From: Tubulanus polymorphus
Taxonomy: Eukaryota; Animalia; Nemertea
Reading direction: 5' to 3'
DNA: 64,000 bases
NCBI RefSeq assembly: GCF_964204645.1
Contig: NC_134028.1
Location: 25,602,345-25,666,344 of the forward strand
The translations under genes were made by a program, and so were the position numbers. Position 1 is the stretch's first letter, and every line of letters begins with the position of its first letter. The notes beneath the pieces are model-generated. The model had not been told where the DNA came from and made no database searches. It saw only the letters and a program-made list of their open reading frames with translations. Positions 40,109 to 55,097 of the stretch are shown in pieces.

Positions 40109-43100
40109 GTAGGCATTTTGCGGATGCTTCAAATCGAATCGTATTTCGCCATATTCCCCGAGTAAATATTATCCTTAAGTTATTCAAAAGCTATCCAGCC
40201 CTTAACGAACTCCTTGATTTTATGATATTAGTAAATCTAGACCTATAGACAGCGACACGGAGTTGTTTTTAGTGCAAAAATGTTTTTACTATGTTTAATC
40301 AACGATTGTATTGTGCATATGATCTCAGTAGTGTCCCATATTCATCGCTAGAGAACTCCGAGCACTTAAGTAGTTACTAAGACGCGTAGTTCGGGTTCAA
40401 GTGATTTTGCCGTGTTAGCATTTTTTGTCGAGTGTGAATCCTACAGAGTTTACCCATCTTCTCAAACATGGCAATAGAGTACAACAGGTTTTTAAGGTCA
40501 TTGTAATACGACGTGGGAATGTTTGAATAAGCTCCCCTCGATGAGGGTGGCGATGATCATTACTTTGAAGTTTCATTCATTAACTATCGGCATTATAAAC
40601 ATTTCGCGAAAAATTTCGAATAGAATTAACAATTTTCTAATGGGTCATGTTTCAAAATAAATAGGTTTTAATTTGATTGGCGATCATCTTCACTTCGATA
40701 AAATCGAGTCGATTTAAAGAGTGTCAAATACGGCTTCCCGGCAATTCATCAGCTCTGTTTGAAATAAATACTTTCAACATTTACTCAACGATTCGGTCAA
40801 ATATTTGAACGTCAAACACTTTCGCCAACGCTGCCCTGCGAGTAGTCATCCGGTGGCGTTTACCGTCCGGTTGAGAATGTTTGCCATTACTCGAAAATCG
40901 CCTTACATCCAACGCGATACAAAATATCGAATTGGACGTGATTTGACGGGTAAATATTTAAACCACACAGCCGACCGTTACGCTCCCGTGATTCTCTGAA
41001 GACGACCGTGTTTAGACACAATCGAAAGAATTTTTACGACGTTTTCAAATATGAATCGTGAAATTACTTCTCGATACTAAAAATGGATTTTGATACTGAC
41101 ATATACACATTTCGATGGTTTCGGCGTATCAAAAAAAATATCGGCTCGGTTTACAGTTTTACTGGGCGCGCGCGCGAGTTACTCAAACGTAAAATATAAA
41201 TATCGGTCGTATCTTGTTCACGCGACCTGTTTTGAACATAGATCTAAGATATTTACTAATGCGAGACGAACTTGAGTATCGAGTATTATACATGTAGTAG
41301 GCATAGTGAGAGTTTCTTTCTCTCTTTCTTTGTTGTTTAAAACGACAGAGCACGTTACGCTTGGTTAGAATACGTTTACTACTTCCGCATACTTCGCTGT
41401 TTTTTATACGTCACGCAATTCATGTTAAAATCTCGAATTTGTCTTGAGCAAAATGATTAGTTGTATATTTCAATAGTTCATTTGTCTTATTATGAATTAT
41501 AAATAAAGGTGCGTTTCGCTTAAAAATGCTTAAATCTTAAAATACGTATAAAAATAGTTACAAAATACATATAAAAAAATTCACCCAATTCCTATGTATA
41601 AACTATTTATATTTGTCTCAAGCAAAATAATTACTGAGATATTTCGTTATTCTATCCTTCGACAAATACGGGTATATTTCGGTGGAAAATACTTAAATCT
41701 ATATTTAAAAAAAACTACAAAACCGAATATCAAAATGGTTCGAAAGAAATTCACCGAATTCCAAGGTTGGTTATCAATTTGGGAAGAAAAATCGGATAGT
41801 TGGAATGGTGTTTACTGTGATTTGATCGTACGGTATTTAACTCTATTTGATAGCGTGATTTCCGGCTCAGTTTGGGGTCTGGGAACGCGACCAGTCGATA
41901 ACAGGTGAAATGTTTAAGCGATGATTTTCGGGGCATTTAACCATGTCTCCGATTGCGTGCAAAGTGACCACCGGTAAACTCGACACGATCCTTCCCGCGC
42001 TAATTACACAAGTGTCGGATTCATTAGCCGAACCGACGGGTTTCCGATTGATTCTATTGAGTTTTCGCAGGCAGACGCTCACGAGTCCACTGCCGTTAAT
42101 TAGCGCTGAAAGAAATACGCAGTTAATTGCATCGGAAACCGATTGGTTGGAGAATAGAAATGGACAGCAAATTTCACACCTTCGTTCACCACCGGTTCAG
42201 TTATTTTTCCTTTCCTAAGTTTCCTAAGATTCCCCGAACAGTCAATACAGAGTTATTGAAGAACTCCTGTATGTATTGGCACTGTGGTTTCAGTTCCTGG
42301 ACCGATTCCATATGAGACAATCTTTTTCAAAAACAACAATCCCTTAAATAGAATTGCAAAGTTTATGACCTTCTGAAGAAGATCTATTCAGAGCAGCGGA
42401 ACTATTGAAATAATATCTATATGTATATGAATGGAATGAGTTGATTTCCTTTCGGGCGAAATCTGAACTACTTGAATTAATAATGATGGGAATATTGGTG
42501 AGGTGTTCTCCCGGTGTCTCGGGCATCAGTGTCGCTGATTCTCACGATAGTTTGCTGCGTGACCTTTCGCTGCAACGATCGTGTGAAAACTATTGTTTGC
42601 GCAACATCGGCGCAATCGACAAGAATTGCACACAGACGTATGGAATTGTCAGTATAGTGTGGAAATCAATATCTCTCTGCAAATTCCACAAGCCGTTTTT
42701 CGGTGTTTTTTAGTGGAAGCGTCTTCAATCGTAGACCGGACACTTGCGACACCAAGCGTTTAGAAAAAACACTTGAGCGAAATTATATAGTTCATTGTTA
42801 TAACGACAGGTGACTCTGCCTGTTTAAGTGTTCAGCCCAGAAATAATCAACATTTTATGATAAATATGCGCGCTGTAAATATTTAGTTATGTTAATGAAT
42901 TCGACCCGTAGCAGCGATAGATAGATTATCAATTTCGGCAAATAGTCGCGATTTTAATGAGAAAATTCGAGGAATTTCTGCGGCTTGAACTTATGAAATG
43001 ATGTATTGAGTTATCAATGTGAATTCAACCGATGAAAGATTATGAATAATGTGTGATCCGACCACGAATCGGATACGCGCCAGTAATCCGTACCAAATCT

Positions 43101-46100
43101 TATGATTAATAGTTATTTTTCGGCGATTTCGACTGCGTTTAAACGCGTAAAAATGAAAGGATTCGGTAACCGATGACGAAGCTCGGTCTTATGCCTGATT
43201 CGTCGTATGGGTCACCGATTTCAACGTGTCGTAACGACTGCCCCTAGAGGCGGCTACCGTTCAAACGCAATCATAATTGCAGCCATTTCGCAGGCTTATT
43301 CCACGCGCACACAAAATCCGGTCATCGATCAACTGACATGCTTGCTGGAAAATTGTAAATGAAGTTCGGGGCTTGGTTAATTAAGTTTCGCCAGCGTCTT
43401 GCATTAAGAAGAAGCACCGCAAAATTTATGTATAAACCGTTGGCGGCAGCGAATACTGTCGAGATGCGAACGTCTTCGTGTCGGTTCACTGAACTGAAAA
43501 ATTACATTATTTGCAGTAGCAACTTTTCCTTAAACATTTATATCGGCGCTTGCATTATCGGAGAATATCTAGATGTTTTTCTAATCGATCTAGTAGTTAA
43601 GCCGTATAATGGTGTCCTGAGCGATCTGTCCAGCCTCCACGGGGGACAAGGACGTCGGTTAAAGAAAAATTATCAGTCGCTTTGATCGTTTTGATGGCGG
43701 AGAGAACGGCACCGGCTAATCGAACTGATATGTACATCAGATTTATCGGTGATAAAAGAATAATTATGATCGCCAGTTTTCCTCACGAGTGATTTAACCT
43801 CATTGCTGTTGCCATTTGAAAATCATTCGTTTTATCGGTCGCGATATCCAGACACATCCTGGTTATTATCGGTTGACAGCGCCGCTGTCCGCGTTTTCGA
43901 CGCCAACTCGATGTACTTGAAATTCGTGTTTCTAAAAACGTTGTTCGATGTAAACGAAAAATCAGTAAATTCTACACCGATCACCAAACTTTTTCATTCT
44001 GTACTTCGATTTTCCATTTCTAAATCAAACTCCATTTGGTTCCCGACAGATGTGACTGGTGGGTTTATAATGAATTCGCTAAATCAAGTACAATCAAATC
44101 TATCCAATTGAATAGATAAGATGGACAATCCCTTTTTCATGATTAAGATAAAACTTCGTTCGACACTTGCTCGAATTAATGGTTCAATCTGTTTATGGGG
44201 TGAAGCTAATTAGATATTCAGCTCATCACTCGTGTATTGTATCGCTACCTGTAGTATCTAATCGCTTGTATTGTGGGTAGACCCTACTCGTTCCTGTTCG
44301 CCGTCATCAAATATTCATGCAATAATTCCGCATTTTAATGCAAAACAAAACAAAGATCGGATATCCGCCGGAGACCATCAGTTTTTGTCATCGACAAAAT
44401 TACGTCCATTAAAGCGGTCATTTTTGCTACTTTATGGCCTGTTTACAAAAACTAATATGCGCTTGTTGCTAAATATTTCATGACCCGTTTCGAATGTGAG
44501 CCACCATTAAATTCGCTACGTACAATGCTCGCCCGTGTCGCAGCAACGAGCTATAAAAATGCAAATTTGATTAAAAGTTTTGACTATTTCGTCTGGTGAG
44601 TTTCGAAGTGAAAAAAATGGAAATTCCATCTTTCAGTAACCTCGGGATTTGGAAGAAATAGAAATTCTTGCCTCGGGTACAGTCACTGTTCTGGATTTAT
44701 GTTATTTATGATAATGAATCCATCTCTGCAATAACGGAAATGGTATAGTATATATACATGCACATATCGTAAATCAGAACGAAGAAATGTCTGCCGTTGG
44801 TTGTTTTTGTTGTTTGTGCTTTCGTCGTGTTCGGCCAGGCGTCCGTGTCTAAGTCGTGTGTTTAACTTGTTATCAGAACGGCCAGGTATATTAGGAGAAA
44901 GTCGTGCTGGTATATTGGCCGCCCGTTCGAGGGCATCGTTCCTGGTGGCTAGCAGCGCGATAACAAGACAAGTACGCCACACGAAACACCAACGTTCCGT
45001 ATCCTTGATCACGCTAAGCGAACAAAACCGTCAAGTATCATGTATGATTTAAGGCTAGGCTAAATAAAGTGCCTACGTCTGATGCCCATAGTTCAGTCTA
45101 AATTCAGTTTTCTTCACGTCAAGACGTGTAAATGCAATTTTTTGTGAAACTTTGGATTCTATGCTCCCCGATTGTTTTCTGGATTTATATACGCACACTG
45201 ATGACCACGCGGCCATATTGAAATTCGAGCATCTCGAATGGATTATAACCATCTTACTTCGAAGGTATCTGATGAAATAGAAAAAAATTATAAAATCTAA
45301 TTGAAGCGGCTGAATTTATTTGTCATTAGCCTGTTGCGTCGAAGAAACCATAAGGAAAATGCGCGCCATCTCTGGTTGAATCAACTGGAAATAATTATCC
45401 AATAATCAGAAATCTATTTTTCTAATATTAAATCTATTTTCTTCTTTCCCCAAATCGAGGAAGAATATTCTCGATGCGTGCATTCTTAAATTCAAATTTT
45501 CTTTTCAACTGACCGTCGTAATTTATTTCGGGCATAGCAACGTATTGCGATTCAGCTCTCAAATTTCACGCGGAAATTGCCGAATATTTTGAGTCTAAAA
45601 ATCTAAAAACGATCAGTTCTTATTTCCGCAGTTGTTTTCATATTGTTTCTAGAGGTTTGTATTAGGAGTCTGTTTTGGTTCGGGTTGTTGGTGCGTTCTG
45701 GTTCTGTAACAGGTGTGGTTGCTGTCAGCGGCGTTGCTGACTGGACCGAACCCGAATATTCGTCGGGTATAGTGTTGCACGAATTGCGCAACGCTGCGTT
45801 TATTTAGCGAAATTAGTGCTAATAGTTTGATTTCATAAGAGAACGCGCGATATTTGAATAAGTTTGTAACAAAACAAATCGTTCGATTATCGGGAACAAT
45901 TCTAAACAAATCTAATCGTGGGCATCTTTTGAAATATGTAGTTAATTTTGGTATAGAATTTTATCGGTTTTTGGACTTTTTACAACTTTTCCCCTCGTGA
46001 ATGATGCCAGTGTACAGCATTCGACCAATCTCTCTCTAATTGTCAGAATCTCATTCTTTTGAAATTACGGCATAAATTTCGACGAAATTTCATCGGTTTT

Positions 46101-47090
46101 TTGTCGACTTTTTTCAACTTTACTCGCATGAATTATGCGACAGACGACACAAAAAATCATTCGTGTTTATGGTGTTGTATAAATCTTAGTATAGACGATG
46201 TGTGAAACCAATCAGCGCTGGTTCTATTTATCGTCGATGAATAACATTTTATTGTGCGATGCGGATTCCGCTGTGGGACTTTCGCTGCTCTTGTCAAATG
46301 ACGGGGCTGTCTGTCTTAACTCATAGTCGCGAAACCACGACGCGAATTAGATAACCGAATATTGACATCTGACTCATTAATACACGAAATTTATGACGAA
46401 CTTCGGCGCGATTCGCTCCCTCGCCTTTTCTCCCCGAACCAATTTCAAAGTGATTTACCCGGTTAATCACCGATCGCCCGCCCAGATGACTGGATGCGAG
46501 TAACTCCTCCGTCGATTCTGCGACTTCTTGTCAAGGGGTATCAGTTACAGTATTTGCATGAACGACGCTAATTATGCGTTTTGATAGGGCCTCGGGCTCC
46601 AGTCCGCGTTTGACTCACTGCAAGGTGCATTCCACGAATTCTCATCGGTAACATTCACTATAGTCCAGCTTTGTGTGTTGTTTGTTGTGTTATTTTTGTG
46701 TATGTACGTACAATCTGTGCGCACAAATAACAAACGAAACGTGGCGGCCGAATACTGCATTGTATTTTTCGGTTACCTTTGAGTGAATTCGAATGCGGTT
46801 TTTTCTGGTGTTTATCATTTGTCGCTGATGTGCACCGAATTGGACTATACCGATGAGCGCACGTGGTCACTGGCGATCTGAGCACACACACAACTGCTGC
46901 AGCTGTGACGGATTTTTGGTCATAGCTCGATGGATTATGGCTTGTAGATATTAGCTGACATTCGTCGACGTTAAACACTTGGTAGCCAGTAAGTGGATGG
47001 TTAAACAAGGTACTGCTTCGCTAATAGAGCAAGACCCGATCATCACTGAGCAAAGACCCATCCATCGCGCGCGGAAAAACCGACAAAATA

Positions 47091-47283
47091 ATGATGTTCA
47101 TGCCCAGCGAACAATACAACCCGTACCACCAGTACGGCGCCAACTACAAATGTTCAGATTTTTACAAAACGTTCGCGGCTTGTTCGTTCGAAAACGTCAT
47201 CCCAGCTAATTTCGGATATTCGACTAGCCACGGAGCCTACTTCGGCGATGAAGCCAACTTTTCGAGGAGCGGCAGGGCGAAAG
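47091..47283 (+). CDS. Candidate Pax2/5/8 alternative first coding exon B
   Basis: MMFMPSEQYNPYHQYG...SRSGRAK G|gtattg; 193 nt, phase 1, compatible with the paired exon. Confidence 0.55.
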
Positions 47284-50200
47284 GTATTGCTTTGTATGAA
47301 ATAGACGACCATATCGTTTACTTAATATCTACAGGTTTCCTTCCTTCTTATTTCGGTTTTCGGTTCTCGTAATAAGTAAGTGCTATCGTACTTCAGGAAA
47401 AAAGAATTCAAACGTATTGTTTTCCGACTTTCGTATGTTTATGATAGGCGTTGTTACCTCACAATAAGCTCAATTGTATCATCGTATAGGCTTTGAAGCA
47501 GTCGTGTGTACATAAGAGTTATATTTATGAAAATTAACGGCAATAAGAGACACAGATGTAGCGAGAATCCGCGCACAGAAAACCAACGAACCAGGAACCA
47601 CTATTACCGATCTCCATAATCGAATGTTATATCATAATTAATTAATTCGTTATTGTTAATAACTTGATCATCAGTCTCACAACCGACACATCTGCCATAT
47701 TAACATATGATTCTAATCTGATAATCTTCTCGTTCTGTGCCGGAATTTACCAGAATTCTATAATTTCAGTGTGATATATTTAAGCTGTATATGATAGGAT
47801 ATTAATTTCCCATTGATCCGATATAATGATACAAAAATATTTCTTATACAAAAAAGTTTTCTTGGAGAGGACCGCAGAGGAGCCTTAAGACGTGATGGAC
47901 CCCGAGTCGGCCTTCGGTCTCATTTCTTCCCTTTCGCGATTTATCTGTATCGGTTAATCAAATTAATTAGATTTCATATAGATGATATAAACATGCATTA
48001 GTTCATTCTGACCACTGGTATAATCACTAACAGCTGTAATAATTAATCGCGTTCATATAATCTAAATCCCGCTACGTATGTCCTGCGTTTTGGCTGGGTG
48101 ATTAATTATTAAGATTAATTTGTTTCGTTCAATACGAAACCAGATTAAACTTACTGAGATGCGACACGCATCGTTTCGTTATATTAGTTTTCGTCGTATC
48201 GAAACCAGGCTAAAGTCATCTCGAAGCCAAAAACCTATTTCGTTCGATGATTACTAAAATATCATAAATCCTATGATTATCGCTTGACTGTAGTTGGCGC
48301 TATGATGGATAGTATCGATCATAGAAAATACTGTTGATTTTCTATTTGCTATACTAAGCTCCGTTACTTTTGAATTTATGACAGTTCGGGCTCAGCTGCC
48401 ACTGGCGTTCGCGTAGTTTTCTAAACAGTATCAAAAGTCTTTTTTCATAAATAGATTCTTTGTATGTATTTCTGGAGGAAGGACGACGCTTCTCCCTGGT
48501 TGACTTTCCCGACGGCCAGGCTGCTCGTATGAAAGCACGAGCTAGCTACCGTTCGTGTTATAAGGAGTTGCCAGATGTATGAATGGCAACTAAATTAAGT
48601 AAAAACATTGCTATTGAAAAGTATTGTTCGGTCGAATACAACTCGACCAAAACATCATGCTCATAGTCTATAATTTTCCATTACGTTTTCTGGTCGACTT
48701 GTTTTGCCACTGTATCAGTTTTCTGTCGATTTACGGCACAGTTGCTTCGTCACAATGTCCCGAGACGGTTAGACTGAAAGGGTGGGCCAGCCGCGTATAA
48801 ATCATTTGATGATCTTTTCAGCGGACCACTCGAAATGTCTTGTTTTATGTGTTTTTACGCGACGGAACAAAACTGTCCACTCACTTTTGAAGTGATTTTC
48901 CGAAAGGCTTTGGTGCGCCGGTGAAATATTTGATAGACACTGCCGCAGACGAGCATGAGTTTAATGGCGTTTAAACACAACGAGTTCATCGTTTGGTGTT
49001 CAGCCGTAAAAATTGAACGCATCATCAAAATGACCGTCCGTGATATTGGCGCCCTCGGGTCGTAGTGGTTCTTTCAGAATTCGTCTCGCAGATCAATATC
49101 GCTGGTTAACAGCCATGACGAGCGTTATTTCACGCAGAATAGTTGCGAATGTTAATTTTTCATTGAATGGTCAGTTTTCCAGTTTCAACACCTAGTCTTA
49201 TTTATGGTCAAAAGGTCGAGACCTGTTGTCGAAAGGCTCAAGATGCGTCGCGGTCTGATAAGCTTTTTCATAGTATTGAAAACTGGAAGAAAAAAATCCG
49301 CATTCATTTCGATAAAGCGTCGGAAACAACTGTCAAGATTTTCTGAGGATTAAATTAATGCGAAAAAATTGATCAGAAGTCAGAAAATAATGTTTTCGTG
49401 GCTCTTCTATAAAAAAAAAAAAACGCATTCTTGTTTTTCATATTGTATCATGTTTTCCTATTTCGCCTCCCTCGGTTCCATTTTGTTGTAATTTCGAGCC
49501 AGAAAACTCTCGACAGTTCCGAGCCGATACGGTAGACTGGCGGCTGGTTTGATTACGTTGAAAGCGACTGTTTTCCCCGGACGATTCGTGTAAATCTCAA
49601 CGGGTCTTCGATCGGCTTTATCTCCGTTTGGCAGTGAAGTATCGCCCGCCATTTCTGCGTAATGAAACCAGCGCGGCGTGACGCACTGCATAAAACAACC
49701 TGCGTCTCAACGACCCGAATGTATATCATCCCTTTATGAGGAAATTATTTCACTTCCTCTCCTCGCCCGCTGGCATTTTAGAACGATTTTGCGATGTCTA
49801 TACCGGCAATATTTTGCCGCCGTATATAACGATATCTGATGTACGAATCAACTGCGGTTCATATGATATTATGATGATTATCTCCACACTACCAGTGTTA
49901 GGTCGTGTCAATTTGTTTGAATTATCTCGACAGAAATATTGCCATCTCGTTTTATCTCGCTGCTGGGCTTAGCGGACTTATCTCGCGTAGGCCACAGGCG
50001 TTTTGTCAACCTGGGGGGACGCTGGGATGAGAGTCTTATATAAATATGCGTGAATAAAGCTAACGGATCCAATTTCAGGAAACGTGCGTTCGGCATTAAT
50101 AGATTCTTATATCGTTACCATCTAAATTTACTTTATTTGTATCGTCTATTGTCAAACTGTTGTCGTATCGCAGGCGTTCGATGGCGCATAAAAACATATC

Positions 50201-52059
50201 TATCAAAGCTTGAATCACCTTCCGCCTTTTCACGACCAAATGACAATCCGCGTTCGTTTCTTTTATTTCGAATTTTGTCGTTTGGCTCGAGCGTGTTCGG
50301 ACCGGAAGCTTTTCGGCCGATCAAACGTGCGCGCTTTTTACGCAATGCTCGCCGAGAATTAAGTAGTTTTCGGCCAGAGTTTTCTCGAACTGTCAACAAC
50401 ACGGATCGAGCCCGAGTGCGCGACACGTGGTATAATGTTGTAACGTCGTGTCCGGCTTTTGTTGCCGAATCGCGTAATCTCTCCAGCGATGCTTTAAACC
50501 GGTAACTCGTCTCAGCACGACAAAACAGACTTTATAACACGCTACGTTGGTTATTTTTTCATAGTCAGTCCAGTTTATGGGTAACCACTGCTAATCCGGC
50601 ACAACCTCGCAGTAGGAACACGATTGTGTCTATTTCATATACGCTGGTGCCCGATGTTGCGGAGCTCAATGGTGAATTAGGTTGTCGCGACACTTGACCA
50701 AATAAGTCATATGATTAAAACGATAATATCGGCTGCGTCCTTCTATTGTCATTTGATTGCGTGACTTTAAGTTATGTTCGCATTAACTGATTGAAATTTA
50801 CAAACAACCTCATAATAATCGACACGTGGACCATATGTCGTGTCTGAGACCGGGGTCGGTCCATACGAAATTTAATCGGCGACAGAATGAAAAATTTTAC
50901 AAATCGAATAGATCAATTTGAAGTTTAAAAAAAAAGAAACGTATCTTTAGAAATTCTGTTTGACTGAACGTTCACGCGAATACATTCATCGTCTATTATT
51001 CATTAGCATCGAATCAAATTTCGGCGTTCGTCCTCTCATGTCGAACGTGAACGAGTGACGACTGCAGCCGGCAGCGTCATTTTCGCTTTTTGTTGCGTTG
51101 AACCGTCCCCGCCGGCGTCATCGACCGTCATCCATCTGGTTTCAACCGTAGCCCACACCTTGTCGCTTTTCAGATGTCTTCACGCTCCGTGTGAAGAACC
51201 CTCTTCATTTCATTGTTTGTCCCGTAAATTGGTGTAATGACATCATTACGTTAGGATGACGCTAATGTGTCGCCGTTAACATCGAAATAATAAAACGCTA
51301 ATCTAATTCCGACGTACTGGTAATGAAATGATTGTATCGGTGCTATTTGATTTAATTGTATTGATGTGCACCCAGAGCGATGTGAAAATTACATCAACTC
51401 ATCCACTGGTTTCACTCTGGTTTCTCGCTAATGGCATTTGGCTCGGTCTCTATGCGTCGTATTTCTCGAGCGATCCGTTTGAAAAGCGGTCCGTTGTAGA
51501 CGCCGTTTCGATGGTGTTTAGGTGCTCAGGTTGTGTGATCGAGTTTGAATTTCATTCGTCAAGCTTGGCAGTCTGACTTGAATCGGTCATACCCTCGCGC
51601 TACACTGGCTGCTTTTCAGGTGTTTACATCAACACCGGCGACTGTATCTATAAAGGTCAAGTTGTTCACGATGTCAGTTGCATTTCTTCGTGCCGTTTTT
51701 TGCTTAAGTTCTAATACTTCTTTTACCAAAACGTGACCGCTTCCCTTCAGGGCCGCGATATGGTGAAGAATATTGTCCTCGTTATTTAGGAAACCGTGTA
51801 GTCACGCGGGTGTTGTTAAGTATATTTTATCGTTATGCGTAATGATAATAATTTTGTTTGGTGATTAGACGGGTGTTTAATCTTAACGCGTTAACGCGGG
51901 GATACGGGTGCGGCCTATGAATAGAACCTTTTGAACGGCGTAGATTTAAGAGAAGTAAGATCCTATTGGGAATCCGGTAGCGAAACGTAATGCTTCGATG
52001 GCGTTGTGTCGCATTGACGATGAATCTCACGTATTCACGCCGAGTGTCGGCTGCAACTG

Positions 52060-52120
52060 CAACGGGGGCGGGTCCCATTGGTCACGTGGCGTAGTAATCG
52101 GTGACACTTGATTGGCTGAG
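52060..52120 (+). promoter_or_regulatory. Proximal promoter of Pax2/5/8 first exon C
   Basis: GC box gggggcggg, two inverted CCAAT boxes (attgg) and the E-box gtcacgtgg within 60 bp. Confidence 0.6.
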
Positions 52121-52334
52121 GATAGCCGGGATATTAATGGTGACTTTTATTGTGGATCAGCCTGTGGGGATTGTGCTTATGGCCGGCACACGGGAACGCA
52201 ATCAATATTAATGAACAGAACCGAACAATTCTTGCCCAAATTTCACTCTAGTTTCCCGGCGTCATAGACATCATCTTTAATAGTTGTTCATCTAGTCATC
52301 TATAACAGAAGCACCCGGCATTTTAACGTTCGCC

Positions 52335-52440
52335 ATGGAACTGGCCGCCGCTTATCCGCAAGTTCACCAGGTCCATCATCAGATGCACCCGCATCATCAT
52401 TATAACCGTAATGTGATGGAGTATTTTCATTCTTGTAAAA
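52335..52440 (+). CDS. Pax2/5/8 alternative first coding exon C
   Basis: Kozak gccATGG; MELAAAYPQVHQVHHQMHPHHHYNRNVMEYFHSCK; perfect donor A|gtaagt, phase 1. Confidence 0.75.
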
Positions 52441-54931
52441 GTAAGTTTTCTTTTCTTTATTTCGTGTCCGGTTCAGTCATTTAAGATGATACATGAACCC
52501 TTTAATCCTTCACGGTCAGTAGTTGTTCTGATACGGGTTATGGGATCGGGGCCTACTGTATACTGTTCGGTAACTTACAAAGTAAATTCACTGAGACGGA
52601 ACAATTATATTTGTGCGGAAAGGTTTTAACGCGACCTACCCGGTTGACATTAGTCGCGTGTGAAATAAACTCAATTATACTCGGGCGAGTGTAGACAAGT
52701 AAACATTGATGTAAATAAGTTAATAAGCTTATACAAATCTGCCATCTCCTTTGAACTCGATGGTGACGAGTGGTAACTTTATTTCGCAATGCGAATGGTA
52801 CATCCCAAAGTCAGACCGAGATTCGGTCGTTGAATCAGCCGGGATTGTCGATTAGGATCGGTGTGTTGATATCTCTGGGGAAGTGTTCCGCTTTGCTCCA
52901 TTCCGTCGCCTCGACGCTCTTTTGGAGACACGGATTTTGACGGCGGATATGGCTTACTCTTTAGGCGGTATTTACTATTTTCTGGATCAACAGTACGCGC
53001 TCAGTTTTGGAAAACTAGGTAAAATGTTCGTGTACATCTTTTATGTGGAAGGTTTAACGTTTTATGTAGAATTCGCGTCGAAATATTTTATAGAATTTAT
53101 ATATAATTTTGGTTTCGATTTTCAAACTGGTCAGCTGGTTATCTGAATAACAATAATAACATTTTATTCATTAACATCTTTTAATAAAGAACATACTTCG
53201 ATGATGAGAAATATTCTTCGTTTAAATTCCTCATACGATTTGAGAAGGTTTTATGCGCGGGTTATTTGTCAACTGTTGAATGTGTGAATTGTTCGGCAAG
53301 TTTTATGGATCATGACAAAATTAAAGACCCACGGATTTATTCCGTTATGCCATTAATTCGCCGGGAACAGCTGTTTGTAGATGCTTTCAGAGGAAATCTG
53401 TTTGACCGCCGTGCTCGGATCGACAAATCTCTTGAGTACACGCGGCTTACTGCGCCGTCAAGTAGGCTAATGAATAAACGACATAATATAAATTCGCTTT
53501 CAAAAGACGCGATCTTGTCATTCGGTTAGATTTTCATCTTAAGCAGGCGTGATTGGTAATGAGTTTTGAGGGTCTGCCACGACCGCTTTTTTACAGTTTT
53601 ATTGTCGATTTCAAGTATCGCATTCAGTTCTGAGTGTTGATGACTTCTGACTGCGCGCTGTGGGACGACTGATCTTTTTTTCGTATTGTCTCCGCGTATT
53701 CTGAAATGTTTACCGACTTAGCGGGCGGGGTAGGGGAAGAATGAGCATCGGGCGGCTCGCACCAAAGCCGCGGCGTTATAAACATTAAACGTATCAAAAA
53801 GCCATGATTATCATTTCGAATGCCCGGGTTTCAGTTCGGGGGGAAGCTAATCTTGTTGATTCACGCGCGGTCATGCCTTTCAATCCGCAACCAAAATAAA
53901 CGATAGTCCTACCTTATTGTTACTCGTAACCCGGCGTCTTTCTTCAAATGTGTTTGGGATCTACTCATTGCCGACGTGCTCATCAATTCATTTCTTTAAT
54001 ACTATAATTCACGGTTTATTCGCCAAAAATTACCGCGCGTCCCGTCGACGATGCATCACGCGCGGTCCGAAACTGACACGCAATTTGCTCGTTGTTCCGA
54101 CACAAAAGCGAGGCGAAAAATACACAGGGACGAACTGCGCATAAAAACTACCCCCGATATAACGAAAATAATTGACCCGATGAAAGGTTCTGGAATTAAT
54201 AATTATAATAATAGGAGAATTGATTAGTTGTTTCGAGCTACGCGACCTGTGTTTATATCGAATGATAAAATAACTAATCTGATCATTTTCAACTTTTGAT
54301 CACCGTCTTGCAATGGTGGTCTATTTCGAATTGATAGATCGTAATTATGATCAGTATTTTGATGATTCAGCTATCAGCGCAGCCGTCTCAGTGTACGATT
54401 CATCATTATCATACAAAACACAGCTTTCATTACTAATGTTCCTCACATATGTATATGTTACTAATATGACTTCATATGGTTATTGAACTATGTAATAAAT
54501 ACACGAAGTATTTGTTTTTCAAACAAATTCAATTTTGCTTTACATTTTATACTTTACATTAATTCAATGAGCCCGTTTTTCGATGAATAATCTTCTGTTT
54601 AATTTCTTCGATTTGCGGGATACAAAAATGTCGAATTCCGTGATTATCGCATTCTATATTTGATTCTATCGCTTAAGATCAGCATTGTAAAGTCAAACAA
54701 AGATTCTAAAACAAACAAATATCTTTAGTAATTTTAGCATAGAAAGTCATCACATTTCGCACTGTTCAATTCTATTTCAGGTTCAATTCATCAGATCGGC
54801 ATTCTAAATACACATTAATTTCGATCATATATCTTTGGTATTTAGGCAGAGATAATCAAATCATAATACATTTTGAATGAAGTTTTCTTTAAATCGAAAA
54901 ATATAAGAGGATCTATTTTTGTATAATTCAG

Positions 54932-55097
54932 GTCATGGAGGAGTTAACCAGTTGGGTGGTGTATTCGTCAACGGTCGACCACTTCCAGATTTGGTCCGAC
55001 AGAGAATTGTCGAATTGGCCCATCAAGGAGTCAGACCCTGCGACATCTCCAGACAGCTTCGAGTTTCGCACGGTTGTGTCAGCAAGATTCTCGGCAG
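54932..55097 (+). CDS. Pax2/5/8: Pax2/5/8 paired-domain exon 1 (PAI subdomain)
   Basis: [56 protein letters not shown], with the Pax2/5/8-type Q-R-H residues in SRQLRVSHG. Confidence 0.96.
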
